Below the pieces are notes generated by a model. That model was not told where the DNA came from, did not search any database, and was given only the letters and a program-made list of their open reading frames with translations. A DNA stretch of 64,000 nt from the human T2T-CHM13v2.0 reference genome, Homo sapiens. Shown piece by piece: positions 1-16,952 of this stretch. The translations under genes and the position numbers were made by a program. Where the stretch lies: assembly GCF_009914755.1 (NCBI RefSeq), contig NC_060927.1. One strand, 5' to 3'. The number at the start of each line of letters is the position of its first letter. The first letter of the stretch is position 1.

Positions 1-39
1 GCAGAAACACCTCACTCTAGGCTTACTGCAGGAAGACAC

Positions 40-545
40 GCACTTTCAAACATTGCTGGTAAAAGCATATTGCCCCAGTGTCCCTGGAAAGTAATTTGAC
101 AATATGTAGCAACAACTTGAATTTATGCCCTTTGACTCCCTGATAGTAATTCTGAGTATCTATTGTAAATAATCAGAAATTTGGATAGAATTGTGTAATC
201 TAAACAATTGGCACTGGTCACAGGTAATTCTAAAATAAATTCAAAGCAACACAAATGTTCAATATAGAATGGTTAAATAAGTCATGGTATCTGTGTCATA
301 ACATGCAGCTATTGAAATGTACTTGAAAATTTTTAATTTCATAGAAAAATCCAGATTACAAAATTGTGATATAATCTCAGTACTTAAAATGTGTGTATGT
401 ATATACACAAGCTAAAAGATAACACCCCAAAATATTAACAGTCATTAACTCTGGGCTGTGGAATTGCAAGTAATTTGGTTTTTTATACTGTTCTATAATT
501 TATAAAGGTTCATGTAATGAGCGTGTACTGTATTACTTTAACAAA
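40..545 (+). mobile_element. Ancient L1 (L1ME-like) 3' fragment
   Basis: ctggaaagtaatttgacaat, atgccctttgact, tggttaaataagtcatggta. Confidence 0.5.
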
Positions 546-1359
546 TGGGAAAAAATTATTTTTCTCCTTTATCTGTTTAGGTAATACATGTTCATTGCAG
601 AAGAGTTAGAATATAAACAAAAATCTACACCTAAAATTCACCACCCAAAGACAGGCTGTTTTATCACTTTGGAGTATACCCTTCTATACATTTCTGTGCA
701 ACTAGATCATGTATTTTACAAAAAATATTACTATTGTTTTATAACCTGCTTTAAAGGAAGAAGAAATAGATAGCAGATCTAAACAAATAGACATGTTCAT
801 CTGAAAAGAGAAACTAGTGGCATCTAAAGAGAATAAATAATTGGCTCAAGCGAAAGTTTTTTTCAAGTTGTGGTAGCACTGAGAGAACGTGCCAGTGGAA
901 GGAAGAAAGAGGAGGCAGGGGGTTGCAGACAGAAGCACAGGTGAGGAGGGGTCACAAGAGGAGACGCAGAGACCAGCTGGAGTGAAATTCAACCGTTGTA
1001 TATGAGAGGCTCTTGCTGCTTGCTGGATACCCCACTTCTGTTGTGGGAGATAAGATAAGGCCTACACAGAACACATGTGGGTTATGAGGTCCCAAGGGGC
1101 AAGGAGGCTTACAACAGCCACAGTCTATAGAGCAAGCACTAGAATGTGAACAAAGGAAAGGAAAGGAAAAAGCCCGTTTACAGGAATAACAACTGACCAA
1201 CTCGTGCAAAAGCAAGGCCAGACCTAAATTCCCAAGGCTAAATCAACTAGGGTTTCATCTCAAGAAAGAATCACAGATATGTCAGGGAGAGTCTAATTGT
1301 CAAACAGAAATTGCCAGACTCAGGTATCAGAAAGGGAGGAATGTTAGTACCACAGAAAG

Positions 1360-2110
1360 ACCAGAGGCTTAGGAGCCAGACAGATCTGGTCCACTCACCA
1401 GCTGGGCAGGTTACTTGACTCCTGAGGCTCAGTTTCAGAAGGCATCAGCATCCACTTCCTGAGGTGGTTGTGAGAATCTAAGATATTATATGTAAACACC
1501 TGGCACATGGCTCATGATAAATAGTAGCTATTACTACTCCATATAGGAGAAATACAATGTAACATCATGGGCCCACTGCAGTGGCTCACGCCTGTAATCT
1601 CAACACTTTGGGAGGCCGAGGCAGGCAGATGAGGCCAGGAGTTCGAGACCTGCCTGGCCAACATGGCAAAACCCCATCTCTACTAAAAGTTAGCTGGGCG
1701 TGGTGATGTGTGCCTATAATCCCAGCTACTTGGGAGGCTGGGGCGGGAGGATCATTTGAATGAACCTAGGAAGGAGGTGGAGGTTGCAGTGAGCTGTGAT
1801 CATGCCATTGCACTCCAGCCTGGGCAACAGAGCAAGACTCCGTCTCAAAAAAAAAAAAAAAATATATATATATATAAAAAACATCATGGTTAAGAGCATG
1901 AAATTTGAAGTTAGACGAACCTAACTTCAAATCCTTGCTTTATCACACAAGCTGTGTAATCTCAGGCATCCAAGCCTCAGCATCCTCTATAAAAATAAGG
2001 GTACGACTTGGCACACTGAGCTGTTTTAAGGATTAAATAAGACAGTGTATATAATATAAGGCCCTTAGGCATAGTGTCTGTGTAATCAATAAACAATGGC
2101 TATTTATTGC
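1360..2110. mobile_element. MIR fragments flanking an Alu
   Basis: gggcaggttacttgact..ctcagtttc; gttagacgaacctaacttcaaatcc..aaggattaaataaga. Confidence 0.6.
1570..1862 (+). mobile_element. Alu
   Basis: Full dimer with A tail; TSD aacatcatgg. Confidence 0.93.
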
Positions 2111-3300
2111 TACCACTTTTGTGATCACATTACCTAACCTCTCTGAAGTAGAGTTTATTCAGCTGTAACATTAGCATTCTATCCCTTATCTTGTTCCCTT
2201 CACTCCTAGGGCACATTTTACTGCTTGACACAGTAAATATCTGTTGCATGAACAGCAGGATTGTACTGAGAATTAAGAGATAATGTATATAATGAATCTA
2301 ACAGTGTCTGGTATATTAATGCTAAAAAAAAATGGAGCTATTTGTTTTACCATTAGATTGTGAGCTCCTCAGGGGCCAAGAACGTTTTCTTAGTCTTGTA
2401 GTCCCAGCACCTGGCAAACTGTTACGTAGGAGGTCCTCAGCAAATGTTTACTGAAAGGCACAGACCACAGCAATACAGCAGCCACCCTCACTACAAGGAT
2501 ATCTACAGTAGTCCAGATGATTTGGCCCTCCAAAAACAACTTAAAATCCTCCACCTACTTTACCATCTAACAACAATCACAGGTAGCCATTGTGCTAAGC
2601 ATCTGTACCTCCTGATTTCAAGACTGGTACTTATGTAATGTCTTCAGTAAGTAACCTCGTAATCACTGCAGGTCTCAGTGAGGTGAAGCAAGACCAAAGC
2701 TTCCGTAAGTATGAGGCTGTAAACATTGCAAATTAACATGTCTAGCACACAAAGTGATCACAGCATACAACAGCATTTATATAAACTCAACCCTCGTAAG
2801 AGAAGCCAGAAAGACAGGGTACCAGTTACTTAATCCAAGTCAACTAAATGTGTTACCTATATGAAGATAACAGGTTATGATACCATATTTATAATTAACA
2901 TTCTTATGGTTTATGCAATGGAGTACATTAAAAACACCACAGAAATTATGTAAAGAAGGCTAAAGGGTCTTCCATGTTACTATCCTAAGAAACTGAGACC
3001 CTCAATAATCAGAAACAAGCTTTTCTGCCAATTTGACTAATACTTGAAAAAATGGAAAATATAAAGAGATTAAAATCACTCTTGGTTCAATGATCCAGGG
3101 ATAACCATTATTTTATACTTGGTATATTTCTTTTTAACACTTGTTACTAATGTGTTCAAAAACAGGAATTTTAGTGCTTCAGTGTTCTCAAGCAGTAACT
3201 CACATCCATTTCCCTATTATTGGACATTTGGGCAGATTAGAACTGTTTTCTATTGAATGTTTTTAAAGGCAGCTTTTTCCTTTATATTAAAAATATATGA

Positions 3301-3637
<337 letters not shown>

Positions 3638-4480
3638 TCTGTCAGAGATCTACATTTACATCCATCAGCACTGGAAACTAAGGCACTATAGGTAAAGAAA
3701 GCCAGCCAGAAACCCATTAGAGCAATCGTCCAGGAATGTAACTAGTGAGAAGTATGAAGCCCAACTCTCCTCAGTGAGGTGGGAGAATGTAGGAGAGGAA
3801 CAGGGAAACAGGGAGAATGGAGGCTTGTGTGTATATATTAGGGTATAGGGAAAGAAAAAGAAGGAATGACATGAATTAATATTCTAAAACATGAGTTATA
3901 ATATTACAGATATATGAGTTTAGAATTATTTTTTAATGCTTAATAAACAGAGCCTCTACGTGGGCCTGAAGTTAATGTTTTATTTTTTTCCACATTGAAC
4001 GAACCATATCAAAGCCCAATTTTAATTTATTTCAACAGATATTTACTGGTACCTACTCTATGCCAGGCACTGTGCTTGGTAATAAACATGAATTCAGACC
4101 GCGTCCTTCCAGTTCATAATTAGAATATATTTAGCCCACATTTTTATGCTGTCTACATCCACAATGAGTAAGAATTAACAGTTGATAGCTCATGATTCTG
4201 AAGAACTGCAAGAGTTCCTTTAACCATCAAAACTGAAGTGAAATCTACTTCCTGGGACAGGAAAGCAAGTGGTACATATTAGGAAACTTCAACAAGAGTT
4301 GAAACTAAAGATTTTCTGGTCACTGGATGGGTTAAGGAAATTCAGTGAACCAAATATCCAACTTCCAAAATTTCAGCTAATCCATTTTATATAAGTGGCT
4401 TAGGATATCTATTTTTAACTTAAAAGTATAAAGATAAATCACACACTTGTATTTCTGAAGCATTATAGACTCCAAACTAG

Positions 4481-4818
<338 letters not shown>

Positions 4819-5219
4819 AAAATATTGAACATTTTATTCTATGCCTATAGGTACCATGTGTCTTAGATATGCCCAGATAATCCCTGAATCAAATATTCTA
4901 TTCCTTTGTCCCTGTAAATAGTCAGAATCCTGGAAACTGGAATCAAAACATAACTCCCAGACAACACCCTGAAACTGCATACAATCCTTTGTCAAACAAT
5001 TTATGTCCCAGTCATTATCTCTGCTCATTCCAACTTTTATATTTCCATCCCAGGAATCTGCAGAGCCCGCCTTAATGCTTTTGCCCAGAAACTGCTCATC
5101 TGAAAGGGAAGACTTACTTAGGGAAGTAAGTTTCTAAAGGCAGTGGTGTTGCTGGCCAAATTACATGAACCACCATATCCCCTCATGCTAACAAAACTAT
5201 GTTAGAGAATTTGTTCTCA

Positions 5220-6720
<1,501 letters not shown>

Positions 6721-6839
6721 TGAATGAATGAATGATCATGAATGAATTCTGCACTCTTACCATTTTACTGACTCCAATCCTGTCCCGGCAACTCTACACA
6801 TTGTTTCACAAGAGCATTAGGACATCACTTTCCATTCAG

Positions 6840-8010
6840 CAATTCATTTTGAGCACCTAGTGCCAATCACTGTACTATAGCCCAAGGAAATTAGTGAGTT
6901 ACAAAACGGACACTTTACAATCAAGTGAGGAACAGATTTAATTATGTAAATATGAAGGAGACAAATAAATAAGATGAACCAGTAATGGACAAGGAGTTGC
7001 AACTTATGGTGCTGAGGGAAGAATTTTCTGAGTAGTTGATAACACCTAAAAGGTTGAAAAGAAAAAACAGCAAAAATGTCCTAGGCAGGGAGTAAAATAT
7101 GTGACTGTGTGCAGTGATTTTGAGGCAGGAAACAGCATGTTGGGGAGATTTTTAAAGCCTAGTATGGCCAGAATATAGTGAGCAACAGAGGGAGATGTGG
7201 TTACAAAGTCTAGCAGGGGCCAGATCATGCAGGGCCTAGGGAAGCCACTGAAAATTGTTAAGCAAGGGAGTGATATAATCCCTACCCCTTAGGTTTTCTG
7301 AAGATTATTCTGCCAGATTAGTGGAAGTGCAAGAACAGAAGTAGGGAGACAAATAAGGAAGCCATTACATACATCTGAATCAGAGATGTGGTTAATTAAT
7401 TCAGGAGTGAATAATCAGAAAACCTGTACATGACATCTCAGATTAAAAGATGAACACAAGCTAGCCAAAGAGGGAAGGGCATTTCAGGCAATTGAAAAAC
7501 ATGTACAGTGGCATTAGGTCCCAAGACCATAACCTATTCCAACACTATAAACAGCCTGGTATGGCAGTAGCAAAGGATATGTGGCAAGAGTGTAATCCAA
7601 ACAAGAAAGTATGGTACCCTGAACTTAAGCCAGTGGTGGTAGGGAGGAAGAGGCAGGGTTGTATCCATATGGTCAACTGTAGTGAGGTGAGGAAAGAGGA
7701 ACTTGGGATAACCGAGTTTCTGGCTTTGAGTGGGCAGATGACAGTGCCATTGACTAAAATAGGGAGAACCAGGGCAGTGGGAAAGATGAGTTCAAGTTTA
7801 TACATGCTGCTGTTCTGAAAGAGCCATCTATATAGTAGGCAGCTGGATATATGGAGTTCTCCAGCTTAGAAAGAGGCTGAGGCTGGACATAGTTTGGAAA
7901 CCACAGGTGAGTAGGCAGTGAGTAAAGCCATGGGAAAGACTAAGCTTACCAGGGAAGTACAAAACGAGAAGAGCTTATTAGTCCAGAACCTGGGACGCAC
8001 TGGCATTGAA
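6840..8010. mobile_element. L2 fragments
   Basis: L2-like motifs ggggccagatcatgcagggcct, gacagtgccattgact, gcagctggatatatg. Confidence 0.6.
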
Positions 8011-8029
8011 GGAGCAAGAGTTCTAAGAT

Positions 8030-8210
8030 GGGTAATTTTATTGTGAGACATACGGCACATTGTAGGATGTTTAGCACCATCCCTGCACTCTACCCACTAG
8101 ATGCCAGTAGGACCCACTCAGTGGTGACAGTCAAGACACAGACATGTCTCCAGACATGCCCAAATGTCCCCTGGCGGCGGGGGACAAAATCACCCTAGTT
8201 GAGAACCACC
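8030..8210. mobile_element. MER20
   Basis: gtaggatgtttagcaccatccct..cccactagatgccagtag..gttgagaaccac. Confidence 0.8.
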
Positions 8211-8987
8211 AAAATTAAGAGGAGTCTCCAGGATGCTGACAAAGGAGGGTTATTGAATGAACTTCCTTTTGCAAATGTTTTATTCAAAAATGACATACAC
8301 AAAAATGTATAATCCCTCCCCCAATATAGGATTAGGTGTCACTCACCAACATGCCCAAAATCACATTAAGTGATCAAACCCAGATTGGAACCTGACTTTT
8401 ATAGTCTGACTCCAAAGCCTGTGCTCTAAGCCTAAATCACTTAACCCCTAACTCCATAAGGTCTCCATTAGGCTTCAAGTGCTGTGAGGAGAGGGCTGAT
8501 TCAGTCTTTTTCATCATTATAATCCTAGCATTTGGCTCTGACACTTAGCAACAGGAGTTCAAATATTTACTGAATGAGTCACACTTCACACTTAACTCTG
8601 AAAATATGCGTTATTCATAGACCTACACTGAGGTATTTAACACTGATAGCTTACAGACAACACGTTAGGGCACCAAGGGGAAGATGCTCCCATCCTGACA
8701 AGAAATCAGCAGCATTGGTTTTGAGAATTTTGTTCCCCAGAACAGAGGCTCTGCCATCAACCATTTCACTTGCATTAGCGGAAAGTTCCTCTCCTATTGC
8801 CTCCTTATCCAGCACATCCCATGCCGCATTGAGGCCTCAAGGAGATGGGGGAAGAGGAGTGGAAACAAGAATGGAATGGAATATTTTTATTAAATGAACA
8901 AATTATAACTTTTGACAGTATCATAAACTGGTAGTCATAGGGAACAATTTTCTATCAAGTAAGCTTTTTAAAAGGTTTAAACCTCTA

Positions 8988-10478
<1,491 letters not shown>

Positions 10479-10848
10479 GGTTTGCCACTCTGAGTGGAAA
10501 CCACTTTTAATAAGGTCAAGTAATGCTCATACTTCATGGACCTCAAATTTTTCTTTACCTAGCACCATCTGTAATTCTCTCACTCCCACCAACCACCCTA
10601 GGGAAAGCTTGATACGGAACATTTTCAACAAATTCTGACATGGACTTAAGCTTTAAGGAACAGGGAGAAGAATGTGTTTTCTGCTCTAGAGTGTTGCCTC
10701 CTTCACGGCAGTTGAGTTGCTCACGGCCTCCATTTAGCAATTCAAGGTACCTTTGTGGGCTGGTCTTGAGGCTCGGATTTGCCATATTGATTTCTACCCA
10801 AACTTTAATCAATCAATCAGTTAATTCACTTTTGCTTTGTTATTTCAG

Positions 10849-10972
10849 CTTTGAAGATTATGAAACAGATGAACCTGCCTCTCCCTCTGAATTTGGAAAC
10901 AAAAGCAATAAAATATTAAGTGCAAGCCTTCCAGAGAAATGTGGAAAGCTTCAATCAGTGGATGAAGAATAG
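10849..10972 (+). CDS. PPP2R3A: Final coding exon of PP2A regulatory subunit B''alpha (PR130/PR72)
   Basis: Pyrimidine tract and acceptor ttttgctttgttatttcag ending 10848; reads FEDYETDEPASPSEFGNKSNKILSASLPEKCGKLQSVDEE-TAG(10970-72), which I recognise as the PPP2R3A C-terminus; adjacency to MSL2 agrees. Confidence 0.92.
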
Positions 10973-12886
10973 CTGCCGGTGTCTACAATGAAACGAAGAT
11001 GTGTATTTTAAATGTTTCTTTCTTGTGAAGAGATGTTCTCGTTTGCATACTGCTTTTTAAAGACTTTGATTTCTCCAAGTGTGTATCATCTGCACTAGGA
11101 ACTTTGTTTTTAAGCAATAGGTCTGGATACACATTTAACTTAGGAGGCTCCTCCAATTTGCCTCAAACCTCTTACGGAGCTTCTCCTCAGAAGTGGTACC
11201 ATCGCCTTCCAAAGTCAGCACTCTACACTCTTGAATGTACCAAGGATCTCTTGGCGACAGTACCAAGCACGGTTCTCTACACAGGTGACTGAAGTTGCCT
11301 CTGTGTTGGCTGGCATCCCTGAGTCCCCTCCGGGCTCCTATGGAGCCTAGAAGAAACCTTCACTTGCAGAAAACTTGAGTCAGAAAATTCTGGAACTTGA
11401 AAAAGTAGTAAGGGCCTCCAGAATTGACTTAGCCCTAGTAATAAAAGCACTGCCAAAACATCTCAGAGACTTCTTTTATGTATACTGGAGTTCAAAGATC
11501 TTTAACTTACCTGGCTTAATGTAATTTCACAGTTACCTGCCAAACTACTAGTCACTTTACATCCTCAGGTATTGTAACCACTGGGCCTTCCAACTTTGCT
11601 GGCAAGCTCTGGTAACCTCCCTGACTGTGGATCTTATATAAAATCTCAAGATAAAAAAACACTTCTTAAATGAAGTATAGAATTTGACTCATACTTGGAA
11701 AAAGCCCTTTTAACTTTTATCTTTTATTCATTGAACTATTGAATGATGTATTTAATATCCAAATTAGTTGATAACTGTTTTCACTTCCTATCAGAAGGCC
11801 TGCTTGAAGACATAAAGGAATAATGATACATTAAAATTCTTACTAGATAGATATATTCCTTCCTCCCAGGAGTATTAGACTAGCTAATAGTAAAGGCCTC
11901 AACGTTATTCTTTACTTCATGTTGAAAACAATTACTACAGATATTTCATCCACCTCAGTATTTATCAAGGAAATGGAAAATGATACAGCTATAAAAGAAA
12001 GCTGTTATTTACTGTAGTTGTAGATGTATTCACTACAGAATCCTACATTTTTCAGCAGGCCACAGTCCAGCCAAATCCTATAATATCCTTGAAAAGAAAC
12101 TATTAAAAAGGATAGACATTTCTGATGTAAGTAAAACCCCCAAGCAACTTAATATCCATCTGTCAGTCATCAACTTTTCCCCTAGATTTTTTTTTTAACT
12201 AGTTCTGAAAGTGTCAAGAATAGCTTCCCTTTCCACCCTACCTAGGTTCCCTCCTTGCTGGCATAAAGGCCAAGCAGTGAAATGAACCTTGGGTTAGAGT
12301 TATGGTAGGCAAAAAGAAAAGGAGAATTTAGGAAATAAATATGCTATAAACAAGGTACAGTACAGTGAGAGTTAACAATCCTAGGAATCCTGCCTGTCAC
12401 AAGCTCCCAGTTCCCTGTCATTTTATCTTCATGATTAGAACTGATCTTCCATTTAACTATTACAGAAAGCAGTAACTATTGCAACTATCTAATAGTTCAC
12501 ACAAAAGAATTAAAAGCTTAAAAATAATTTTTAGGAAACACAATATTCAAAATCTAAACACACTGATAAATTATTAAGATTAAGATTATTTATGTGATAA
12601 ATGAAATCTCCTACCAATCCATCCAGCCTTTACCAGGGAAGAAAAGCAATTATTTCATTTCAGATAGAAATACAAAAAAAAAAAAAATACTTTTCTTAGA
12701 AGCCAGATATGGTTTAAATGTTTTATTATCCATAATGATCTAAACTAATAAGATTCACCAAAAAGTAAAAATTCAATTTTACAATATACATTTTTTTTTT
12801 TAACTATTTGGCTTTACCTTTTTACCTTGGTTCTCCTTACTGAAGTCCTCTTGCTTTCACTTTGATCTGGTTTTTGAAGTCTCTTA

Positions 12887-13201
<315 letters not shown>

Positions 13202-13679
13202 TCAATACCATTCCATTTAAAATGGGCTATTGTAATTTACCCACATTATCACATTTTCAGGAATTATAAGAATGTGTTTTATTGTACTCCTTCCTTGGAG
13301 CTGAATGCAAGGAATGTGAATTCTGAGGAATTAAGGTAGAATATATTTGACTTTCTGGTAAAGATCATGGTTAAGTATAATCATTACTGCCAAACTGGAA
13401 TTTTCAAGTTATTATAATATCCCAGGCCCCTTGATAAAAGCTGAGGGTTATCATGACCTTAATGCTAATTCAATGAGAAATGAGTTTAATAGCATAACAT
13501 TACCAAGGTAATCAAACTAATAAAATTCCATATATCTTCCCTGCATCTTGTCACTGTGTACCATTCAAAGTGTTTATAAAACTCTAGATTCATCAAATGA
13601 GATTTGCTCAGCTTTTTGAAATGTTAAGATGTGTTTGGAGAAGGCTGCATGACTTTGTTTTTCCCTTTTAGCAAAACTA

Positions 13680-13685
13680 AATAAA
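13680..13685 (+). terminator. PPP2R3A: Likely main PPP2R3A polyadenylation signal
   Basis: AATAAA preceded by a U-rich stretch (gactttgtttttccctttt) and followed by U/GU-rich sequence. Confidence 0.65.
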
Positions 13686-14011
13686 GTTGTCAAATATGAA
13701 TCATGTTCATTAAGGTAATTACTACACACTTGTGCTTTTAATCATATTTGCACCTCATTTTTTTGTCTGCAAGAGTAACACTGTAAACAAGCTTGAATGT
13801 CAGAGAATAACTCTTTGAGCCCATGTGAAAACTACAAAGAAAGGTCTTTGTAGTAATGACAATATACTGAGAAATGATTTCTTCAGGGGATAGGGAAGAG
13901 GACCAGGGTTTGTGAATGAGGCGGAGTTCACAGGAATCAAGGTAGACTTTAGCCTCATCTATAATGCATTATTTTAAAAGAATGTGTAACGGCATGTTTT
14001 GGGGTACCTAA

Positions 14012-14133
14012 ATTTTATTTCAGAGGCAAGGTCTATGTTGCCCAGGCTGAGTTCGAACTCCTGAGCTTAAGTGATCCTCCCACCTCAGCCTCCTAAGTAG
14101 CTGAGATTACAGGCACACACCACTGTGCCTAGC
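14012..14133 (-). mobile_element. FLAM-type Alu monomer in the intergenic gap
   Basis: Antisense monomer match. Confidence 0.85.
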
Positions 14134-14721
14134 TTTTAATTTTTTTAAAAAGAGAAAAGTATAAAATACCATACTTTGAACTTAGTATTTTCTAAAGCAT
14201 TTCTGTTTTTTATCTATGATATGGTTATGGACAATTTATTTTTCATCTGATTCCCATAAAACTTTTACTCTTCTTCAACAAGGTCACCAATAAATTGTTT
14301 TAACTAAGAATACAATGAAATAAAAGGAATTCTTTATCCCTAGGACCATACTACACCTCCTCCCGGAAATGCAGACTTAATAAGGCTAACCAAAAAGATA
14401 AAATTGTCAGCTCTAAAACTATTACCTAAGGTAAAAGATCATTTGATCATTTATATTAATAACAAGGACTCAACAATTCAGGATGTGTCTTATTAAATGC
14501 TGCTGTTCTTTGGTGGTTTCAAATCCTGATGAAGTAAATCCAGTTACTTCAGTAATAATCTCTCAATCATCCCTCGTTAGCCATTTGTCAGCATTCCTAA
14601 GTAACTCGTGGTATAAAGAAAAATAATATAAAAATCAAGGCACTGTGATTACTCTTCCCCAGATGTATATAATACAGACCATTCAGAGCATGCTATCCCA
14701 AACTCTTCAGTATTCTACAAC

Positions 14722-16952
14722 ATAGAATTAGAAAACTATCATTTATTGATAGATTTAAGGTGTAATACAGGTTTCCAAAAATGTGGCAGTGAGAATACCA
14801 GCATAAAAAAGAGAAACTTGTGCTAAAAACAACCTGAATTCATCATTGGCAATATTACATAACAATCAAGGCCCTCACATACTAATGATTTCCACTTTGT
14901 CTATATTGCCAACCTCCCATGCATCAAAAAAAAAAAAAAACCCACAAGATTATCAAACTTGGGAAGCAATAAAGTACTCTATGAATTTTAAGATCATAAT
15001 ATTAGGAAAGTTTGGTCGATTTGCAAAATATATCCTCATCCATGTGTACAATCTCATTTCTAATCATTTTTGCAGTGATCATTAGTGAATAAAGAACAGA
15101 TTTACAACTTTATATAGCAGGGCATCTGGGTTCAACACAAAACTGTTACAAACGTTAGGTAAATACATGTTTCATAAGACACTGCTAACACTTAAAGGAA
15201 TTAAATAAAATTCCAAATCTTGGAAAGCAAATAAAGACAAGACAACTAAGAAGCATTTTCCACCATTTACTCTTGTTATCAAAAATAGTTCAACTCTTCT
15301 TGCAAAACAAAAACAAAATAGTACATACTGGACACATACATCACATTTTTCTTCCTATGGCTTTAGCCCACCCCCACCCCACCAAAAGAGACCAAAAAAA
15401 AAAAAAGAAAAAAAAGCCCAACAACAACAACAAAAACAACTCTACCTGACCACATTCACAGAAAATGACACCAGGATACACTACAAAACAGAAGGAGGTG
15501 TCATCTGCTCTGTGTCCAAAGGTTTCTTCTCCATGTCTTGTACTAGGCGAGTAACCATCATTGAACATGCTGTGTGCCAAATCAAAACATAACTTCAGCA
15601 TATGTCAGATCTTACTAGAGATGGTGAACGTAGTAGAAATTGGAAATTTTCCAGCAGTATTTTTCTTTAAATAAGCACTGTCAAAGCTGCAGCTCTTCTT
15701 TTAAATCACAGGTTATTTCATTACACCTAGTCAGTCCTTGTTTTATTTGGGCTGTGCTCTTTCAAGCAACTGACTAGATTTCCCTTCAACAGAATGTTTG
15801 TGACTCACTTGTCTTCCCCATAAAAATTAACCGGAAGAAGTGCATTTAAACTGAAACATACTTTGTGCTTTACATGCAAAAGAGCATTCTAAAGAAAATC
15901 CTCCTAGCTTCAACCTACCTAAATGCACAGGCTTTATAAAAAGGCATTCTTATTAGGCCTCTATAAAGAAGCCTTCATAATGAACAGCACCCTAAAAAAA
16001 AACTAGGAGCATATTCAAAATAAAGACTGTGGCAAATAAACTATTAGAGAAAATAAGTCAAAGTGGCGGCCAGTGGCAATAAGTACAATACACAAATCTG
16101 GGCAAGTCTGGGAGCATTATTCCAAAATTATTTTAAGTAAATCCCAATTACTAAATAAAATCTTTTTATAATTTTAAAAAAATTCTGTCACATACTACAT
16201 AGTCTAAATTTAATTACCTTCAGAATAAAACTACTCTCCTTCATTTATCCAATTAGAACACTGCTCAAAGTGAAGGAGGGATTTAGAATTTCTTCCCTAG
16301 AAATGAGTAACAGCTAAACATTTGTAGTCTGACAGAATTTTACTTTTTAAAAAGATTTCTTAAACATTCTAATGAGGGGGAATTTTTTTTCATAATACTG
16401 CTGATTTAAGAACTGCTACATACACCAGTAGCCAATATTTCATGATCAGAAATGGTATGATGTCAGCACAAAGGTTGAGCTGGACACATCAGCTTTCCAA
16501 CAGGAGAAACATCAATGACATCTGAAGGCAGCACTGAGTTTCCTGAACTAATGGCTACTTTTCCACAAAAAAATTAGCACAATCTTTATGGACTGACTAG
16601 ATACCACTTCCTTACATTTAATCATAAACTTTGATTATGCACAAAGCATGGCCATAAACAATGAGGTTAATGTTATTTTTCTTGCCAAAGTTCATTTTGT
16701 ATAAATCAGTTGCATCAGCTTTGTTCTCAAACTATGAGGTTCTGTAAGAACTAAGGACATATAGTTGTAGGGTTACTCCTCCATTATCTGCAAACTATTT
16801 CCCCGACACTAACACATATAACTTAGCAATGAAAACACTTGATACAAGTGATCTATATGCAGGAGCTCCGGCAAGTTAAACCAACAGAACCATAGCTGCC
16901 GTAAAACTGTAGCTATTTCCCTACCAGGAGTAGGTTTAAAAGACCCACTGAT
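14722..16952 (-). other. MSL2: MSL2 3'UTR; end approximate
   Basis: Repeat-free, U-rich on the - strand, between TAA (16953-55) and the PAS at 14742. Confidence 0.8.
14742..14747 (-). terminator. MSL2: Likely MSL2 polyadenylation signal
   Basis: tttatt on + = AATAAA on -, ~2.2 kb after the MSL2 stop, at the end of a repeat-free UTR-like block. Confidence 0.7.

Noticed and set aside
7492-7818. Overlapping 108/86-aa ORFs
   Set aside because: Lie in decayed L2 sequence; no domain or splice context.
10640-10848. N-terminal part of the 110-aa ORF
   Set aside because: Intronic sequence upstream of the PPP2R3A acceptor that happens to be open.
10907-10912. AATAAA as a poly(A) signal
   Set aside because: Inside the PPP2R3A coding sequence (Asn-Lys codons).
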